From Phoronis australis (Eukaryota; Animalia; Phoronida), in the NCBI GenBank assembly GCA_002633005.1, contig NMRA01000820.1, positions 1 to 54,952 of the forward strand: a stretch of DNA of 54,952 nucleotides, written 5' to 3'. The translations under genes were made by a program, and so were the position numbers. Below, piece by piece: positions 24,601 through 39,600 of this stretch (positions within the stretch are counted from its first letter, which is position 1; each line of letters begins with the position of its first letter). The notes beneath the pieces were generated by a model. That model saw only the letters and a program-made list of their open reading frames with translations. It did not search any database and was not told the DNA's origin.

Positions 24601-27600
24601 CCAGTGTCTCATCATCAGAATTCTTCTTGGATGAAGACAGATCGTTGTAACACATGTTGTAGTACTTGGATGGGTCGACGACCTTGAAGCAAGAGCGGAG
24701 CGACGATGACTCTTCCTCAAAGAGCGCAGAGCATGTGGCATGGGTCTTGCCACTTCTGATGGGTGTATCAATGTTGGCATTATTGCGGTGTCCACGACAA
24801 CGCAACGACCAGCTCCTGGTGAATTCCAGCGTGTTCTCAGCCTCACGGTTTTGCACTGTGGTGAAGTCATTGCTGGGCTCGTTGTCATATGTGCCAAACA
24901 GACCAGCTGTCTTGCCGTAGTACCAACCAGTCATGTTGGTAGTGCAGACATCGTGAACATTGTCACATGTGACCGTCACGCCATTGGTGTTGTGTACACG
25001 GATGGCGTTGCCAATGCGCATGATAGTGGTGTTTCCAAACTGCACTGGCATGTCAGTCTTCTTGCCATTGAGGCGGACCTATAAGATTGAATTTCATAAA
25101 GGATTGTCTCTGAAAGCTCTACAGAATAAAAATTAAATGTTTCTTACTTTGGAAACACAAGTTAAGACAGAAATTCCAGAAGATAGAAAGGGAACTGTGC
25201 TGAGATTGCATGCAGCACCGATAACCATTGTTTGGGTGGTTCCTTTTATTTTGGTCATCAATACAGTGAGTGAACATTCCAAATTGCGAGTGACAGCACT
25301 ACTAACCAAATTCAATTCCATGATTGGAAAGATTCATCACCGCTAAGTTGATTCATTCCATTCTGATGTTTACGATTTCAACTTGACCTAATTTAAATAG
25401 CACAGCATGTCTCTTAAAATCATGGTTCAATTTCATGTCAAATCACTGAATAAACCACTTTAGATAACAATCACATTTGTTAGAAGATAACACAACCAAA
25501 ATGGATCCAACGCACTGGTCAAATACCATTAAAAGACACTCACTGTGAAGTCTGGCAGCAGCTGTACTTCGTTGTCGTTGGTGAGAATGACCAGGGACTT
25601 GCCTCTCTTGGCGTGGTAGTTCACCAAGATAGTGAAGTTGCCATCAATGAAGTCATGAGCCAGGATATAGCTGCACGTTCCCTTAAACTCATAATGACGG
25701 TGATCGAAGGTGGTGATGTGCTGTCCAGCAATGGTGGCATGAGCTGTTGATGAAACGATAAAACCACATTAACCGAGGAAGCAATCACGATGTGGAACTT
25801 AACAGTTATAAAAAGCTATCAAATTTTAAATCCTGGTGAACTAAATTAGCAACTCTAACTTAAAACGCTGAAATGAAATTCAGACAACAGCTAGAAAAGC
25901 AACTCCTGAGTTTTGCCGATAGCAGATTAGGTGTTTACAGCCTTTTCCTAATGTCAAAAACATCAAATAGGTAAGCCAACAATACAACAGATCTACCATA
26001 CATGAACGTGATCATGGTCAACTTACCCTTGAACGGTGGAATCCAGTTCATATAGTCTCTGGTTGGCTTGTACTGGTAGAAGTAGTCCATAAAGGTGTTG
26101 TAGTCCAGGTACATCGTGTTCACGCTGGGCAGTCTCAGTGTCTTCTGCAGCTTCTTCAGTTCAATGACTAGCTTCTCGTACTGAGGCATGGTGACAAATG
26201 ACTCCCAGGCAACGGGCAAACCAACTTCCAGTTGGATCTCGCCCTGTTTGGGGTTCCAGACAGTGAAGCGGGTGTCGTCGAAGCGAAGGTACTCCTTCGC
26301 CACGTACCTGGCTGTATCCACAGCATAGTCTTGAGCCTCTTTGAAAAGGCTCATACTGATGTCCTTGGCGTGCCTCTCAATCTCGTAGTTCTGATAAGCC
26401 CACTTACCCTGAGGGAATAAAACCACCAGACACATACAGTAACAGTTCATGCCAAAATGAAAGTTTACATCGCAAGAAGATTAAGGCAGATGCTTTCATA
26501 GAACTGCAACCATTAACCTAAGCCTGCTTGGTTTTAAGTGTGATGAAAGCTGTGAAATTTTGGAAACACTGCCTTTATAAACTTAATTTAGCCATGGTGG
26601 CAAAGGTAATTTTGTATGAAAAGACATTAGCTTACGTGTTCGACAGCGATGTTGGCGTATTTCTTCAGAGCCTGGATCTCTGACCTCTGCAGGAAGTCCT
26701 GGATCTGGCCACTTAGTTTGTCATGGGCACCATAGATGGTGCTAGTGTACTGCTGGGCCTTCTGGCTGACATAGTCCTGTGCATCGTTGTAGTAGCCACT
26801 GTAGTCAATCTCTGGCATCTCTGGCAGATACTGTGCATAGTCATGGTTCAGGATAGCATCGTACTTCTCCAGGATCTGTTCAACCTTAGCCATGACCTTC
26901 TGGTAGTAAGCCGTGGAACGCAGCTTGGTCATCATCTCCTCGTACTTGGCGTTGGCCTTCTCCATCAGCTTGCCGAATTTCTCTGACGCGATGTTGTAGT
27001 ATTCCATGTACTTGATGACATAGGGCTCAAGAGCAGCAGATGCCTTGAGCATGGCTTCTTCCATCATAAGAGCAGTCTGCTCCTTCAGCACCTTGAAGTA
27101 ACAACAGAAATAGGCCATGAAAGCAAACCTGAACAACATTAGATGGAAAGGTGGCAGCAGCGTTTTGAAGAAGTTGGATCAAAAAACATATGCTATGGTC
27201 ATTAATCTTGAGTAGTCATTAAATCACAACCAGAATTATCTTCAGAACATTCTATACACTGCAACAAATAACATTCCCATTTAAACTGGATGAAAAGGCT
27301 TATTGTAAAGAGGAATCAAAACACTTGATATAACATCCCAATGCAACCATATTCTGCTTAGCTGCCATCAGTTCATGGGTGGCATGCACCAAAAATAAAA
27401 CTACATAAGGAATAGCTAATCACTGTCCAGCAAACTTACTCCCATGGCTTCGGTGACCTGTTCTTTCAATTCAGTGTACATGGCTTCATACTGCGCGAGC
27501 ACATTCTCGAACTTGGCTGCCATGTCCTGCTGGTATTTTTGCCAGTTGACTTGCAGATCGGCGACATACTCCTGAATGCGCTGTTGCATCTGCCCCATGA

Positions 27601-30600
27601 ACTTGTCAAGATCCATTCTGAAAATATAGGAATGCAATTTTAACACAAGGTAGAAACACACACACATGACAAATCGAAAGACATTGAAAGTTTCAGAAAA
27701 TAAAGCTAGAAAATATACACATCAAAAAAATATGCACCCAATATACTTAATATTGTTAATACCAGCATTAAAATCAATGTAATTGCCATAAAACACTGTA
27801 CCATAATTACAGAGAGCAATTTACTTACAAGAAAACATGTGTGGCATGTATTGTGCCTAAGTAACCCATGTAGACATAGTTGAATATGGTGCCGGAGTAG
27901 AACTCGTTGCGTCTGATCATGTGGCCCATCTCGCCAGAAAACCGGTTGAAGTCATCGTCCAGATCCTTCAGCTCACCATCCACATCAATCTGCTTAAGGA
28001 TCTTCTGCATATCTGTCTTAAAAAGATACCGTGAGCGGCGCCATCTATCATTAGCTTCTTCAGCGGCATCGGCAAACATTGTTCCTTCAGGAGAGTACAC
28101 CTTCTCCTTAATAGCGTAGTAACCATCCTGAAATTAGAATGACAATTTCGGTGACAATGAAATTGAAAACATAACCAACGAAAAAGAGGACAAGTGTTGG
28201 TCAATTAATCAATTAACGTAGGAAAATATGAAAGTTTCTATTATAGGCAAAGATTGCCAGATCTGTCAATAACTAATACAAGATGTGTTGCATTACCTTG
28301 ATGTCAAAGAGAGCAGACGGTCTCCAGTGGATACGGGAATGCATCAGGCGACTGTTGTTGAGGCGAGCTGTGAACAGACCTTCAGTCACCTTGTTGCTGT
28401 TGTGTATGCGGTAGACTTCAGCAGTGACAGCAGAGTCATTGTTAAACTTGGCATAGGCATGCAGCTGGTTCACTGGGTTCTCTGTATCAATTATAAAGTG
28501 TGAATGCAATTTAGACACACGTTTCATCGTTCACGTTACATTTATATGTGTAAATATATTCAATTGCAAGGTAAGATAGCATCACATACTCCAAAAGAAG
28601 CTTTAAAAGTTCATACTGGATTAAAACGTCATTGAAAATACGAAGCATTTGGACTTTCTAATCCACTCCGGGTAGTCACAACCAACTCTTGTCAATCAAT
28701 TCCAAAAAATTTAAATCGTGGCCTGCAGGTTGAAACAGTCCAATACTCACCAGGATCATAGTTGACCTTTAGGTCAACCAGTCTCTTCTGCTGGTCAATG
28801 TCAAAAGACGATGAGACAGTCTTATCGTTGTAGGTGTTTCTCATCTCCATGTGGATGTTCTTGTACTTCTTGTTCGATAGATCTCTCATCTTAGCCCAGT
28901 TGTACAAGTTGAACTGAGGACACAACATCTGGAATAAAATATTAACATTTTTCACAAGTTCAAAGATCAGTTTCGTGATTTTGAAAATTACACATTAAAA
29001 CTTTCATGGGAAATCAAAATTCTCAATTGCAAAAAGATAAAATGACTAACCTGGAGTTCAACTTCATTGCGGAGCTTGTTGATTTCAGTGCGGAGGAGGA
29101 ACGACTTCCTCTGGCGAGATCTAGACATGGTGTATCCCATTCCAATGCCAGCAGTCCAGAATCTGTCAGAGCTACCAAGCTGGGTGGTGGCAGAAATGTC
29201 GAGAGAAGATGCGGGATGGGTGATCTCCACCAGCATGGTGTAGTTGGTGCCTCTGAAGCGAACAGCCTCTTTGCGGAGATTGGTAGAGACAGTGAGTTTC
29301 TTGCGACGGTCACCAGAGTAATCGATCTCAGTGCTGGAGCTGTAAATGGAGTTTGCATCACCAACGTTCACCTCATTCTGGATAGTAATATCAGGTCTCA
29401 GGTTGGGATGCTGGATGACCAACTCTTGCTTCATAGTGTTGCCAAAACGTTCGTGTTTGCCCTTAAGCGTGACTTTTTTGCTTTCATCCTTGTCAGCGTT
29501 CCAGAAGAAGCTGGATTCCATTTTGATTCCGCGCCGACTGATGGTAGACTCGACGGTGTGCTTGACTGATCGCCATGGCGACACCAGCTTATTAGATACT
29601 TCCAAATTATAACGGGTCCTGACCACGGAAAGTTCGTGGGCAACCTTCTTGTCCCGGGCATCATCCCAACAGTAAACAATATTGTGCTGGATGAGCTCTG
29701 GGGAGACCACAATCTTGTGCTCAACGATTACGGTACGTCGTGAGGTGATCACTTTCACCACGGTGTCGCGCTTGATCTGACCCACTTTACCCTGGTTGTT
29801 TGTATCCAGAGTGAGACGAACATTGCTGTCGCGACGTTCGGTGTCCCAGTTGAAGGCAATCTCACCAGCAACCTTACCACCATCAATACTTCCGCTGCCT
29901 TCAGCCTTCATTGGAAGTGGCTTGCTCATCTCTATGGATCCACGGTGCTCATTTCTACCATTGCGGTAGTTAGCAGTGACATCGACGTAGTCAATGCCTT
30001 TAACACTGGTCCTGACTCTTGTGTTTACTGAGCGCTTCCACATGTGGCTGTGATCTAGTTTCCAGGACAAGCTCAAATCACGGCGGTGAGTGTTGGTGGC
30101 AGTAATGTAGAACTTGACATCCTTGCGTCTGAAAAATTCTCCACTGTTCTGGAAGGTAGTTTCAATGTTCGCACTCTTGCCATGAGCCCAAGTGAAAACA
30201 CCAGAGGATTGGTACTCTTCACCATTCAAACGGTTCTTGAGGATCACCTGCAGGTTCTCGAACTTCTCGAACGGAGTGTTCAGGGTAAAGGTTCCCTCAG
30301 AAGCAACTCTAGCGTCACGGTTCTTCACAACAGCAGAGGCAGTAATCTTCTTTCCACGGGCATACGAAAGCTCAGCATTGGTCTTAAAGGCTGAGAGATC
30401 ACCATCGTGGGTAACCTCGGCGCTCAACTGTTCGAAATATTTGTATGGGCTTGAGAACTGGATGTTGGCCAGTAGGCGTGTCTCAGCCAGGCTGAATGTA
30501 GTTGAGGCGCTGATGGTGTCCCGTGGAGAGTACTTCACTACAGCACTGGTGGAGACTGATCTCCATGAATATCCCTTGTGGACAATGTTGATGGAGATGT

Positions 30601-33600
30601 CCTCGAAATTCTCGAAGGGAGTTTTCAAAGATGCTGTGGTCGAGATGGTGTTCTTCATGGCGAAAGTGAGATCAGCCTCAATGGTCTTGTCCTTCGCATA
30701 AGTGACATCAACATGGCTAGTGAAATCCTTGGGCTGTCCTCTGTAATTGAAGTTTGCAGTGAAGTCTTCCCAATAAGGGCTCGTATGAGCATAGGTAACC
30801 TCAATGCTCTCGTCTTCCTGTTTGAAGGTGACATCATTGACAATAGACTGTCCACGGTAATAGTTGATGACAGTGTGTTTGCGGAAGTTCTTAGAGATGC
30901 CCTCCAAGTTCATGTTGTAGGAGAGCTCTTCAAAGTTCTCATGCGGTGTCTTCACAGTTACAATGGTCTTCTTAGTCAGCTCATCGGCCAAGTTGTTCTC
31001 CACATCTAACTCATACTTGTATGTGGGGATGTAGACGTCAGCATGAGCGACAAAGTTGAGTGGGTAGCCATTGTAGGTCACCTTGCCGCCCATCTCCTCA
31101 TAGTCACGGAATGGTGTTTTGATGACAACAGAGGAGTCCAGTTTGTAGTTCTTGCTGCCATACTGGTAGCTGAAACCGACATCAGCTTCGACCTTCTTGC
31201 CAGTCTGGTAGGTTACCTCGGCGTGTCCGTCATTCTTGTCGAGCTTGTAGGCCGCACCCACTTGTTCGTAGTCAGAGTATGGAGTTTTGAGAGTGGCAGT
31301 CACGTCTTTCCAGGTAGGATATTCAAACTTGAGATCCAGTTTTTGATTGCGGTTGTAGACAACATCAGCCTCCAGCTGCCTGTCCTTCACTTTGAAGGAT
31401 GCCGACTGCCGTCGGAAGTTTTCGAACGGTGTACGCACAGTCACCTCACCCGTTGTGACTCTCTTGTTGTGTTTGAAGAGCACATCAAAGTCAGCACGAT
31501 TACGGGAATACTGCACGTTGCCCTTGGTTCTGAAATTGTTGAGACGGCCATTGTGACTGAATCCAGCGACAATCTGTTCTATGCCCTCAAACGGTGTCTT
31601 CACAGTCAGTGATGCCTTGATGTCCTTTGTCATGTCGAAAGAGACATCACCCCCAATCTTAGTTTTGGGAGCATACATTACCTCCGCCTTGGAATTGAAA
31701 TTCTTCAGTTCTCCACTGTGACTGAAAGATGCCTCAATGTTTTCAAAGTTTTCAAAGGGGCTGGTGAACTTCAGGGAACCCTCAACATCGCCCAACTTGC
31801 TGAATGTAATTTCAGCATTCACTTTCTCTGGATAAGTCACTTCAGCGGTGGTCTTAAAGTTGTCCATCTTGCCAGAGTGCTTGAATGAAGCTGTGATGTC
31901 TTCAAAGTTTTCAAATGGACTCTTGAATGTTGCATCAATGCTAAAGTCACGGTGAATGTTAATAGTGTGCGAGAGTTGGATCTTTTTGCCTTTAGCATAA
32001 CCAATGTCATATTGGCAAGTGAAGCGTCGGCTCCAGTCTCCATTATGCTTGTATGTCAGATCAATGTCTTCGAAATATTCGAATGGAGTATTGAGACTGA
32101 ACGAAGCATCAAGTTTCCTGCTGTCCTTTCCAGAGAAACTGACTACAGTGTCGATCTTCTTGTTGCCACCATACACAATGTTGGCAGATGACTGGAAGTC
32201 CTTCATCTCACCTTTGTGGTTAAACGACAGGCGCGTCTCCTCCCAATCTTCGAAAGGGGTTTTGATGGTGGCAGAACCGCTCATTTCATTGTCATTGTTG
32301 AAGGTGATGTCAGCAGACAACTTCTGGCCAAGCATGTATTCAACATCGTAATGGCAGGTGAAACCACTGAGATCGCCATTGTGGTTAAAGTTAAATTTCG
32401 TGGCCTCAAGGTTCTCAAATGGAGTGGTGAGCGAAATGGCACCATTGAAGTCAGTCATGTCCTTCACAGTCATGTCGCTATTCAGCTTGATCTCCTGACG
32501 GCCTGGCCAGTTGAAGTTGGCATTGGTCACCATGCGGTCACGGCGGCTCTTATGCGTCAGCGAGGTAGAGTACTCGTTGTGATCTTCGTATGGAGTGGTA
32601 ATGGTTGCCTTTGCTTCAAAATCATCACCAGTAGTTAGGGAAACATCGGATGTGAACTTGCCAAGACGTGGCTGGCTCTCGAACTCCATCTTGTTGGTAA
32701 AGGCATCGATGTCACCAGTGTGGTCAAAGTTGAAGATGATAGTTTTCACTTCTGGACATGGGATCTTGAAATCGAGGTTGACTCCATACTTGCTGTTAAA
32801 ATTGAGCTCAGAGCTCAGGTCAAATTTCTTACCAGGAGCGTACTGGAATGTGGCACCTGATTTAAACATGTTGTCCCCTTTGTCCTCATGACGAGCAGTC
32901 AGCATGAAGCGCTCAAATTTCTTGAAAGGTGTTGTGAGGTGCAGATCACCGTTGAAGCCATCACCAGTTTTAAGGGAGCCATCGACAGCGACCTTCTCTT
33001 GTGGATGCCAGGCAAAGTCAGCATGGATACTCAATGGCTGAGAGGACGTCTGAAAGTTGACGCTCGAGGTTATGTCTTCAATATCTGGGGCTATCAGTTT
33101 GAAGTTGGCTGTCAAGTCTTTGACATTGTTGTTCTGGAGATCTGTGGTCAACATGATGGATTTTTGATCATCGAGCTTTACAGTGGAGGAAAGTTTGAAG
33201 TCGCGCTCACCATTTTCATGATTCAAGGAGAAAGCAACATCTTGAACTGGCTTATATGGAGTCTTCAGCGCTACATTAGCAGTAACTGAACGTCGGTTAC
33301 CAACATTGTGCTGCCCATCAACAGTCAGGACAATCTTCTTCCTGTATGAGTTTTCCACACTGTATACTGCATCGATCATGGAGTCTGTGGAGCGATGTCT
33401 CCATATGTAGCTCACACTGTAAGGAACCCAGCCATAGAAGGTGGGGTGTGGAGTTACAACATTGAGATTACCATTGTTGTTGATGCGCCAATTGCGGGCA
33501 TTGAAACTGTGTTTCATGCTGAAGGTGAAACCAGCCCATAGTTGGCCTTGATCTTTGTAAAGGACGCTGGTGTCGAACTGACGGTTATCATCTTTGTGAG

Positions 33601-36600
33601 CAGCAGTCAGGGACAAGTCAGTGTATCCTTTAAAAGGTGTCTTGACAGAGAAGGATCCTTCAAGGTCTCTAGAGGTTGTTCCACGGTTCTGGAGGTTGAC
33701 AACAACTTGAGCTTTCTTATTGTTGTCCCACTTGGCTGACAGATCGGTGTTCAACATCGTAGAAGCATCATCGGTATGCTCGAGGGAAGCAGAGATATCT
33801 CTGAAGTTTTCCCATGGTGTTTTCAGAGTCACTGTGCCTCGGATATTGCGTTCCCTGCGACTTCTGTCCTGGCCGGTTACAGAGAGGGTGACGACTTGAC
33901 TTGGTGCTAAAGTGACTTCCAAGTTTGAGTTGATCTGACGAGAGTCATGCATGTGTGTAAGCTTAGCTGTAACATCTCTCACAAGCTCGAAAGGAGTCTT
34001 GAGGTTTACCTCGCCTTCGATGCTTGGGCGACGTGGGGAGCTCTTGTCGGTACCAGAGACAGTAATTTCATAGTTGCGAGCGTCAGCCTTGGCCTGAACA
34101 TGAGCCTCAAGGGTCTTGCCTTGAAGGTTGTGGTTCCAGACAAATGTGAGTGTGTTCAGGTCATCAAATGGTGTGTTGACAGTCAGACTAGATTGGATGT
34201 TGGACTTTGAAGGATATTCGACATCCAGGTTACCACCAATCTTCTTGTCCTTGGCCCAAGCGAAAGTACCACCAGAGGAGTACGTGGTGCCCCTCGCTCT
34301 ATGCTTGAAATCCAGTGACAAATTCTCAATGTTCTTGATGGTGCTGGTCAGGCCAAACTCACCCTTGACAAATGGTCCAGTGGTGTACTGCTTAAAATTA
34401 AACTCACCGGTACCTGAGATCTTTTCCTGGTTCCACTGGGCAGATACAGTGGACTTGTCACCAGAGTTGAAGTCGAGATCAAAGCTGCCAACATGATCAG
34501 GGTGATTGAGTCGGAGATTGGCGACATGCTTGTAAACTGATTTGTCGCTGTTGTCATTGTAACTACCAGTGATGGTCATCTTCTTGCTAGCATCACGTCC
34601 AGCATCCCAGCTCATGGACATCTGACCACGGACAGCTGAGGGAAAGTCGCCGCTGAGGTTCAAGTCACTTTCAATACGCCTTGTTGGGTGAACTAAGTTC
34701 AGTTCGCCAGTCACTTCACGGGAGTTCTTATTCATCTTACCCTCAGCTGAATAGACCTTACCCATCAAATTGGCAGAGAGGAGTGCAGACTTGTGTCTAT
34801 CCTTATTAGCAACACGTGCCTCTGCAGAGTACTTGTCTCCCTGCATATCGAGATTACCCGTAGCAGTGACCAAACGAGGGTTGAAGGTGTACAAGCCATC
34901 AGCAGTGTACTTTTTGCCAGGCATCTGGAGTTCACTGGAGGCAGACCATCCCTCAGGCTGCTTCATCAGTTTGGCTTCGGTGGAGTAGGTCTTGCCACGG
35001 AATTGGGCGGAGGCAGAAGCATCAAAGTTCTTCCAGTCGAGAGTGGTACTGCTACTGACGGAAATCTCATCCTCATTGGGGATCTGCAGGTTCGTGGAAA
35101 AAGTGTGCTTCTTCTCCTCAGGCTGAGAGTAGCTCGTCTCCATACCGTAGTTTTTGCCCTGGTAGCTGACAGATATGTCATGGCTGAATGCCTTGGCAGC
35201 AGTTTGTTCGAACTTCTCGTCGAAGCTGAGCCTGAGTTTGCCAGCCTCCAGGTTTCCGTTGGCTGTGTATTTCTTCAATCGTCGTGTGCTCTCATCCTTC
35301 AAGTTGAAGCTGCTGTCAAGTTTCTTGTTGTTCCAGCGGCCGGTAAGCGTCATCTCATGGTCCAGCAAGCTCTTAATGTTGTACGACAGGTCATAGTTAG
35401 TGAGCAGATCCTGAAAAAATGAAAGTTAGACAGGACTTAATATGCGAGTGACCAATACTTTTTATTTTTGTTAAAATGTCAACCTTTGGGATGTCACAAA
35501 TACAAATTCGTTTGTTACAGTGTCAGATATTATAGATTTCAAAAACACATTTGTGTGTTTGCAGTTACACTTGAGAAAATGCCATTAAATCATGTTGATA
35601 ATATCTGTAGATACGAGTTGTCAGATGTTCATTGTTCATCTTGCTGAGAAATGTTCATTGCGCACAGGATTCAACTTTCATTTTAGTCACACCGTAAATC
35701 AAGGATACCAACCTTGCCTGGGAATTTCAACTTGCTCTTGGACTCCAGCTTCATTGGCAACTTTGTACCAAAGTCGGTGCTATGTTTGATAAAGATATTC
35801 TTGCTCTTGTCACTGAAGTCGGCACCATAGTTCAAGTCAATCTCAAAATCGACATGCTTTTTGTTGTAGTTCAACTCCATGGCCAGCTGATGATTGTAGT
35901 CTGTGTAGGCGTCGCTGGTTGTCAGGCTATAACAGAGAGAAAAGCCATTAATATGGTAGAAAATAAAGCGATTCAAACTTGTGGTTCGATGAGCTACCTA
36001 GGCACGACAAGAGAACAAAGTTATAGAGACGTAACAATTAGCTTCATGACAGAAACAAGGATACCCGAAAATACATCCTTCACTGATAACAGGTTCATTA
36101 CATTAACGTCTAATGACAAAACCAGACGAGTCAGTCTTAATAGTTATGGGGTTGTTGGTAGCACTCGGGAATTCTGGGAAAGAATAAAATGGAAAATTTA
36201 ATAGACACAACACTAAAAGACGGACCAATTACAACACGAGTAAACATTTATGGATATCTTTTTAATAACTTGCAAAAATCATCCACACAGCAAGCAAGCC
36301 AGTGATATTGACTTTATCTACTTTTGATGAAGACGACTCACGTGTTGAGAGAGTATGATCCTGGCTTCAGATTCCTAATCTTCTTGCTGAAGATGAAGGT
36401 TTGCTTGGGTTTGCCATCACGATTGTACTCAAGCTCAATGCGAGTGGCCATAGCCTTGTTTGGTTTGAAGTTGAACAGACCAGACACTTTCGAATCAAAC
36501 AACTGGTTCTTCAGCTCCGCGGATCCAATCAACTTTGCATGGCTGGAGCTGAGAGATGGCTCAAGATTCACTGTTTGAAAATAAAAAAAAATGTTAAAAA

Positions 36601-39600
36601 CTGGAACCTGTAGCACAAATGCTCAAAACTAGAATTCACAGAAGCTGTATATAGTACTCAAATTTCTATGTTGAACCAAGGTGAAGTTCATTCAGGATTC
36701 AGTTTCATTAGTATCAAACGATTGGCAACTTACAATACAGATATTCAAGTTCCACTTCGGCTAATAAATACAGGGCTTACAAGTGAGAGATCCCACAACA
36801 CACTACTGCCATGTACTAGCTCCCAGTTCATTATCAATTAAGAATGAAACAAGCAACCTGGCTGTCATTGAAATCTTGTATCTGCAGTGCTAACCTTTGA
36901 ATATGACAGGGTGTTTGAACATCTTGTTGAGTGTGAGATCGGCCGAGTATTTCTTGTTTCTCTGGTACTGCAGGGAGCCAGACAGTGTGATTGGCTCACG
37001 TTCGGGAATGCGCACCTCAACGTTGGGTGTGAATGTGAACAGTTTGCTCTTCTGATCTGTCTGCAGCTGGGCTGAGAAGTAGTACTCCTTTGCCTCATCA
37101 ACTGTCATGGTGAGAGTGGCACGCTTCAGGTCATCGCGGGTTGTGTAGGCACCTGCACATGAGAAAAATGGTAACGTAATCTAACAGAAGTGCACATTCA
37201 CAGTAAACACAAGAGAACAGCAACAGCAGCTTATTCGGGGAATTAGAGACAGTACAGATGTCTAAATGCATCAACTTCCTACAAGCAGCTTGACAACAAC
37301 AAAGAAAACAAAACAAAAGTTTAATTCAAGCATCTCGCTATACTCCTGAACGCCAGCAAAACCTAATTGCTCACAAAGAAGTAGAACTTGGCATGAGAAG
37401 GGTAAAAAACATAGAGCATGTTCTATCGCTCACACGCTCACCGTTCATGTTGACCTTCTTCCAGGGTGAGGTAAGTTCAAACTTGGATGACCAATCAGCC
37501 GTGTTCAACTCGTACTCGACGGCGATGTTGCGATCAATGCGGGATCCTGGGGTGTTGAAACCCATGCTGGTCATGTACTTCATGTGGGTCTCACCGCCAC
37601 GGCGCACCTTCTCTGTCTTGTACTTGGCCTGGAAGTTGTAGCCTTCCATTGAGTCAGGCTTATGTAGCACAACGCTGACTTTGCTGGGGCCGGTTAGTGG
37701 GAAAAATGGGGCACCACTCTTGCTCAAGGCGTTGGGGAACTGCAACTCGCCACACAGCCTGATACCTAGCGCCCTCTCCAGGTAAGAACCAGTGCATCGC
37801 TTCTTCTCAACGCGTGTGCCGGTGATCATCTTCTGTTCACGGTCCTCTTCTTTGTGAATGATGAAGAACTTGCTCCTGGAAAAGAAAAGGAAATTGGAAT
37901 TCATCAGAACAAAGACAAACGCCTATAAAATCCTAGGTCAGAAAGGTGAGGCAAAAACAATTTTTACTTTTGTAGCTGTACTCTGTATGGATATAAAAAA
38001 GTAAAACAAAAGAAGACAGTAAGCGGCTATTTTACATGAAACTTGGACAAGATTGTATTTGGTAGCAGATAAATGTTCTTGAATCACCAGTGGTATAGTA
38101 CAAAACTAGACTATAGTCATCAGTTGATAGGTGGCGCTGTGCGAGTTGATAGGTGGTGCTGTGCAAACACACGCTTGGTACCAGATACATCTTCTTGAAT
38201 CACCAGTTGTAATATACAAAACTAGACTACAGTCATGGGTTGATAGGTGGCGCTGTACGAGTTGATAGTCGCTAACATACAAAACTAGACTACAGTCATT
38301 ACTATCATAGCTTCTTAGAGTAAAAATACAATTCATTATTGCTGTGGGACACTTACTGGATGTCGAAGACTTCCATCTTGTCCTTGGGCGTGTTCAAGTT
38401 GAAGGTGAACTCTCCATTCTTCATCGACAGTTTGCCATCCATGAAGGTACTGGAGTGGACGGTGGTCACCATCTTGATACCTGACCTGGCCACGAATGCG
38501 TCCACTGTCATCACACTGGACACTTCAACAGCACCACTGAAAGCACGGCAGTGAAACAACATCAAACTAAGTCACTGGTCAACAATTGCATCATCGAAAT
38601 ACAAAACACATTCTACAAGAAGAGACCATAATTGGAATTGAACATTGATTGCAACTGTGACATTAGAACACGCTCCATGAAACATCATAATACCTTGGCT
38701 TGATGTGTCCGTCAATGTCAAACTCGTGTGGAGAGGTCATCAGCTTGCGCACATCAACATGGCCGCCCAGTTTCAGGTTGATGGAGGCAGTTCCATTGAC
38801 AGTCAGGTTGAGTGGCAGACCAATCATTGTAGGTACAATCAAACTGGTGTCAAGGAACATGGTGCTCTTGGAGTAGTCAATATCTTGGTCAGATGCCAAC
38901 TTGAAAAACATATGAAAGATGGTCACAATCACTCCACCTAGCTGCAATCTCGTGGTTATAACTCAAACTGAGATTTGATACTTGAAATGCAAACCGAACA
39001 TCTTAATCAATTCAGTCTGTTGATGACAAAACTCCCCATCTCCAGATTACTGCAGATTATTTTGTGGAATTTACATAAAAGTATGTTATAAATTGTAAAA
39101 GAAAGTTTGATACAACAGCTTGATATCTTTTGCGCGGTGGTGTTTACCTTGATGAGGATATCAAGAGGGTTGAAGGTGTCTTTGTTGTTGAGTGGGTCAA
39201 AGCCAGCGAACTCGCCAAAGGCAATCTCATTTCCAAACACTTTGACAGAAGCAGAGCCCCTCGTCATGTCATCCATATGGGCACCAAACTAAACAAGAGT
39301 AACGCTGAGCATTGATATGCACCCACAAATGCACTGCAAACGGAGTGATTCTAGGGTTGTTTGTTTGTTTCATAAAAATAGCCACCAGATGGCGAAAAAA
39401 CTTCCAATCCATCTGAAAACATGCCATCGCTTCTTTAAAAGAAAAAATTTACCAAATTTCATAAAAATCTGTCAAGCAACTTCAGAAAAAAGGAAAACAG
39501 AGAAAAATGAAATTGCCACTATGGCGCAGCATCTAATGGATCTGACTGAAGGACGTTGTCATCTGTTGTTAGCGTCATATAAATACAATTGCTAAATTTA

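Noticed and set aside
29051-35410. APOB-style C-to-U editing site in the giant exon
   Set aside because: No mooring sequence (UGAUCAGUAUA) spotted by eye, and APOBEC1 editing is a vertebrate feature; only an RNA-DNA comparison could support it.
29006-35422. Many 60-209 aa plus-strand ORFs over the giant exon and other apolipophorin exons
   Set aside because: Antisense shadows of a long coding exon with biased codon usage; no recognisable motifs or splice support.
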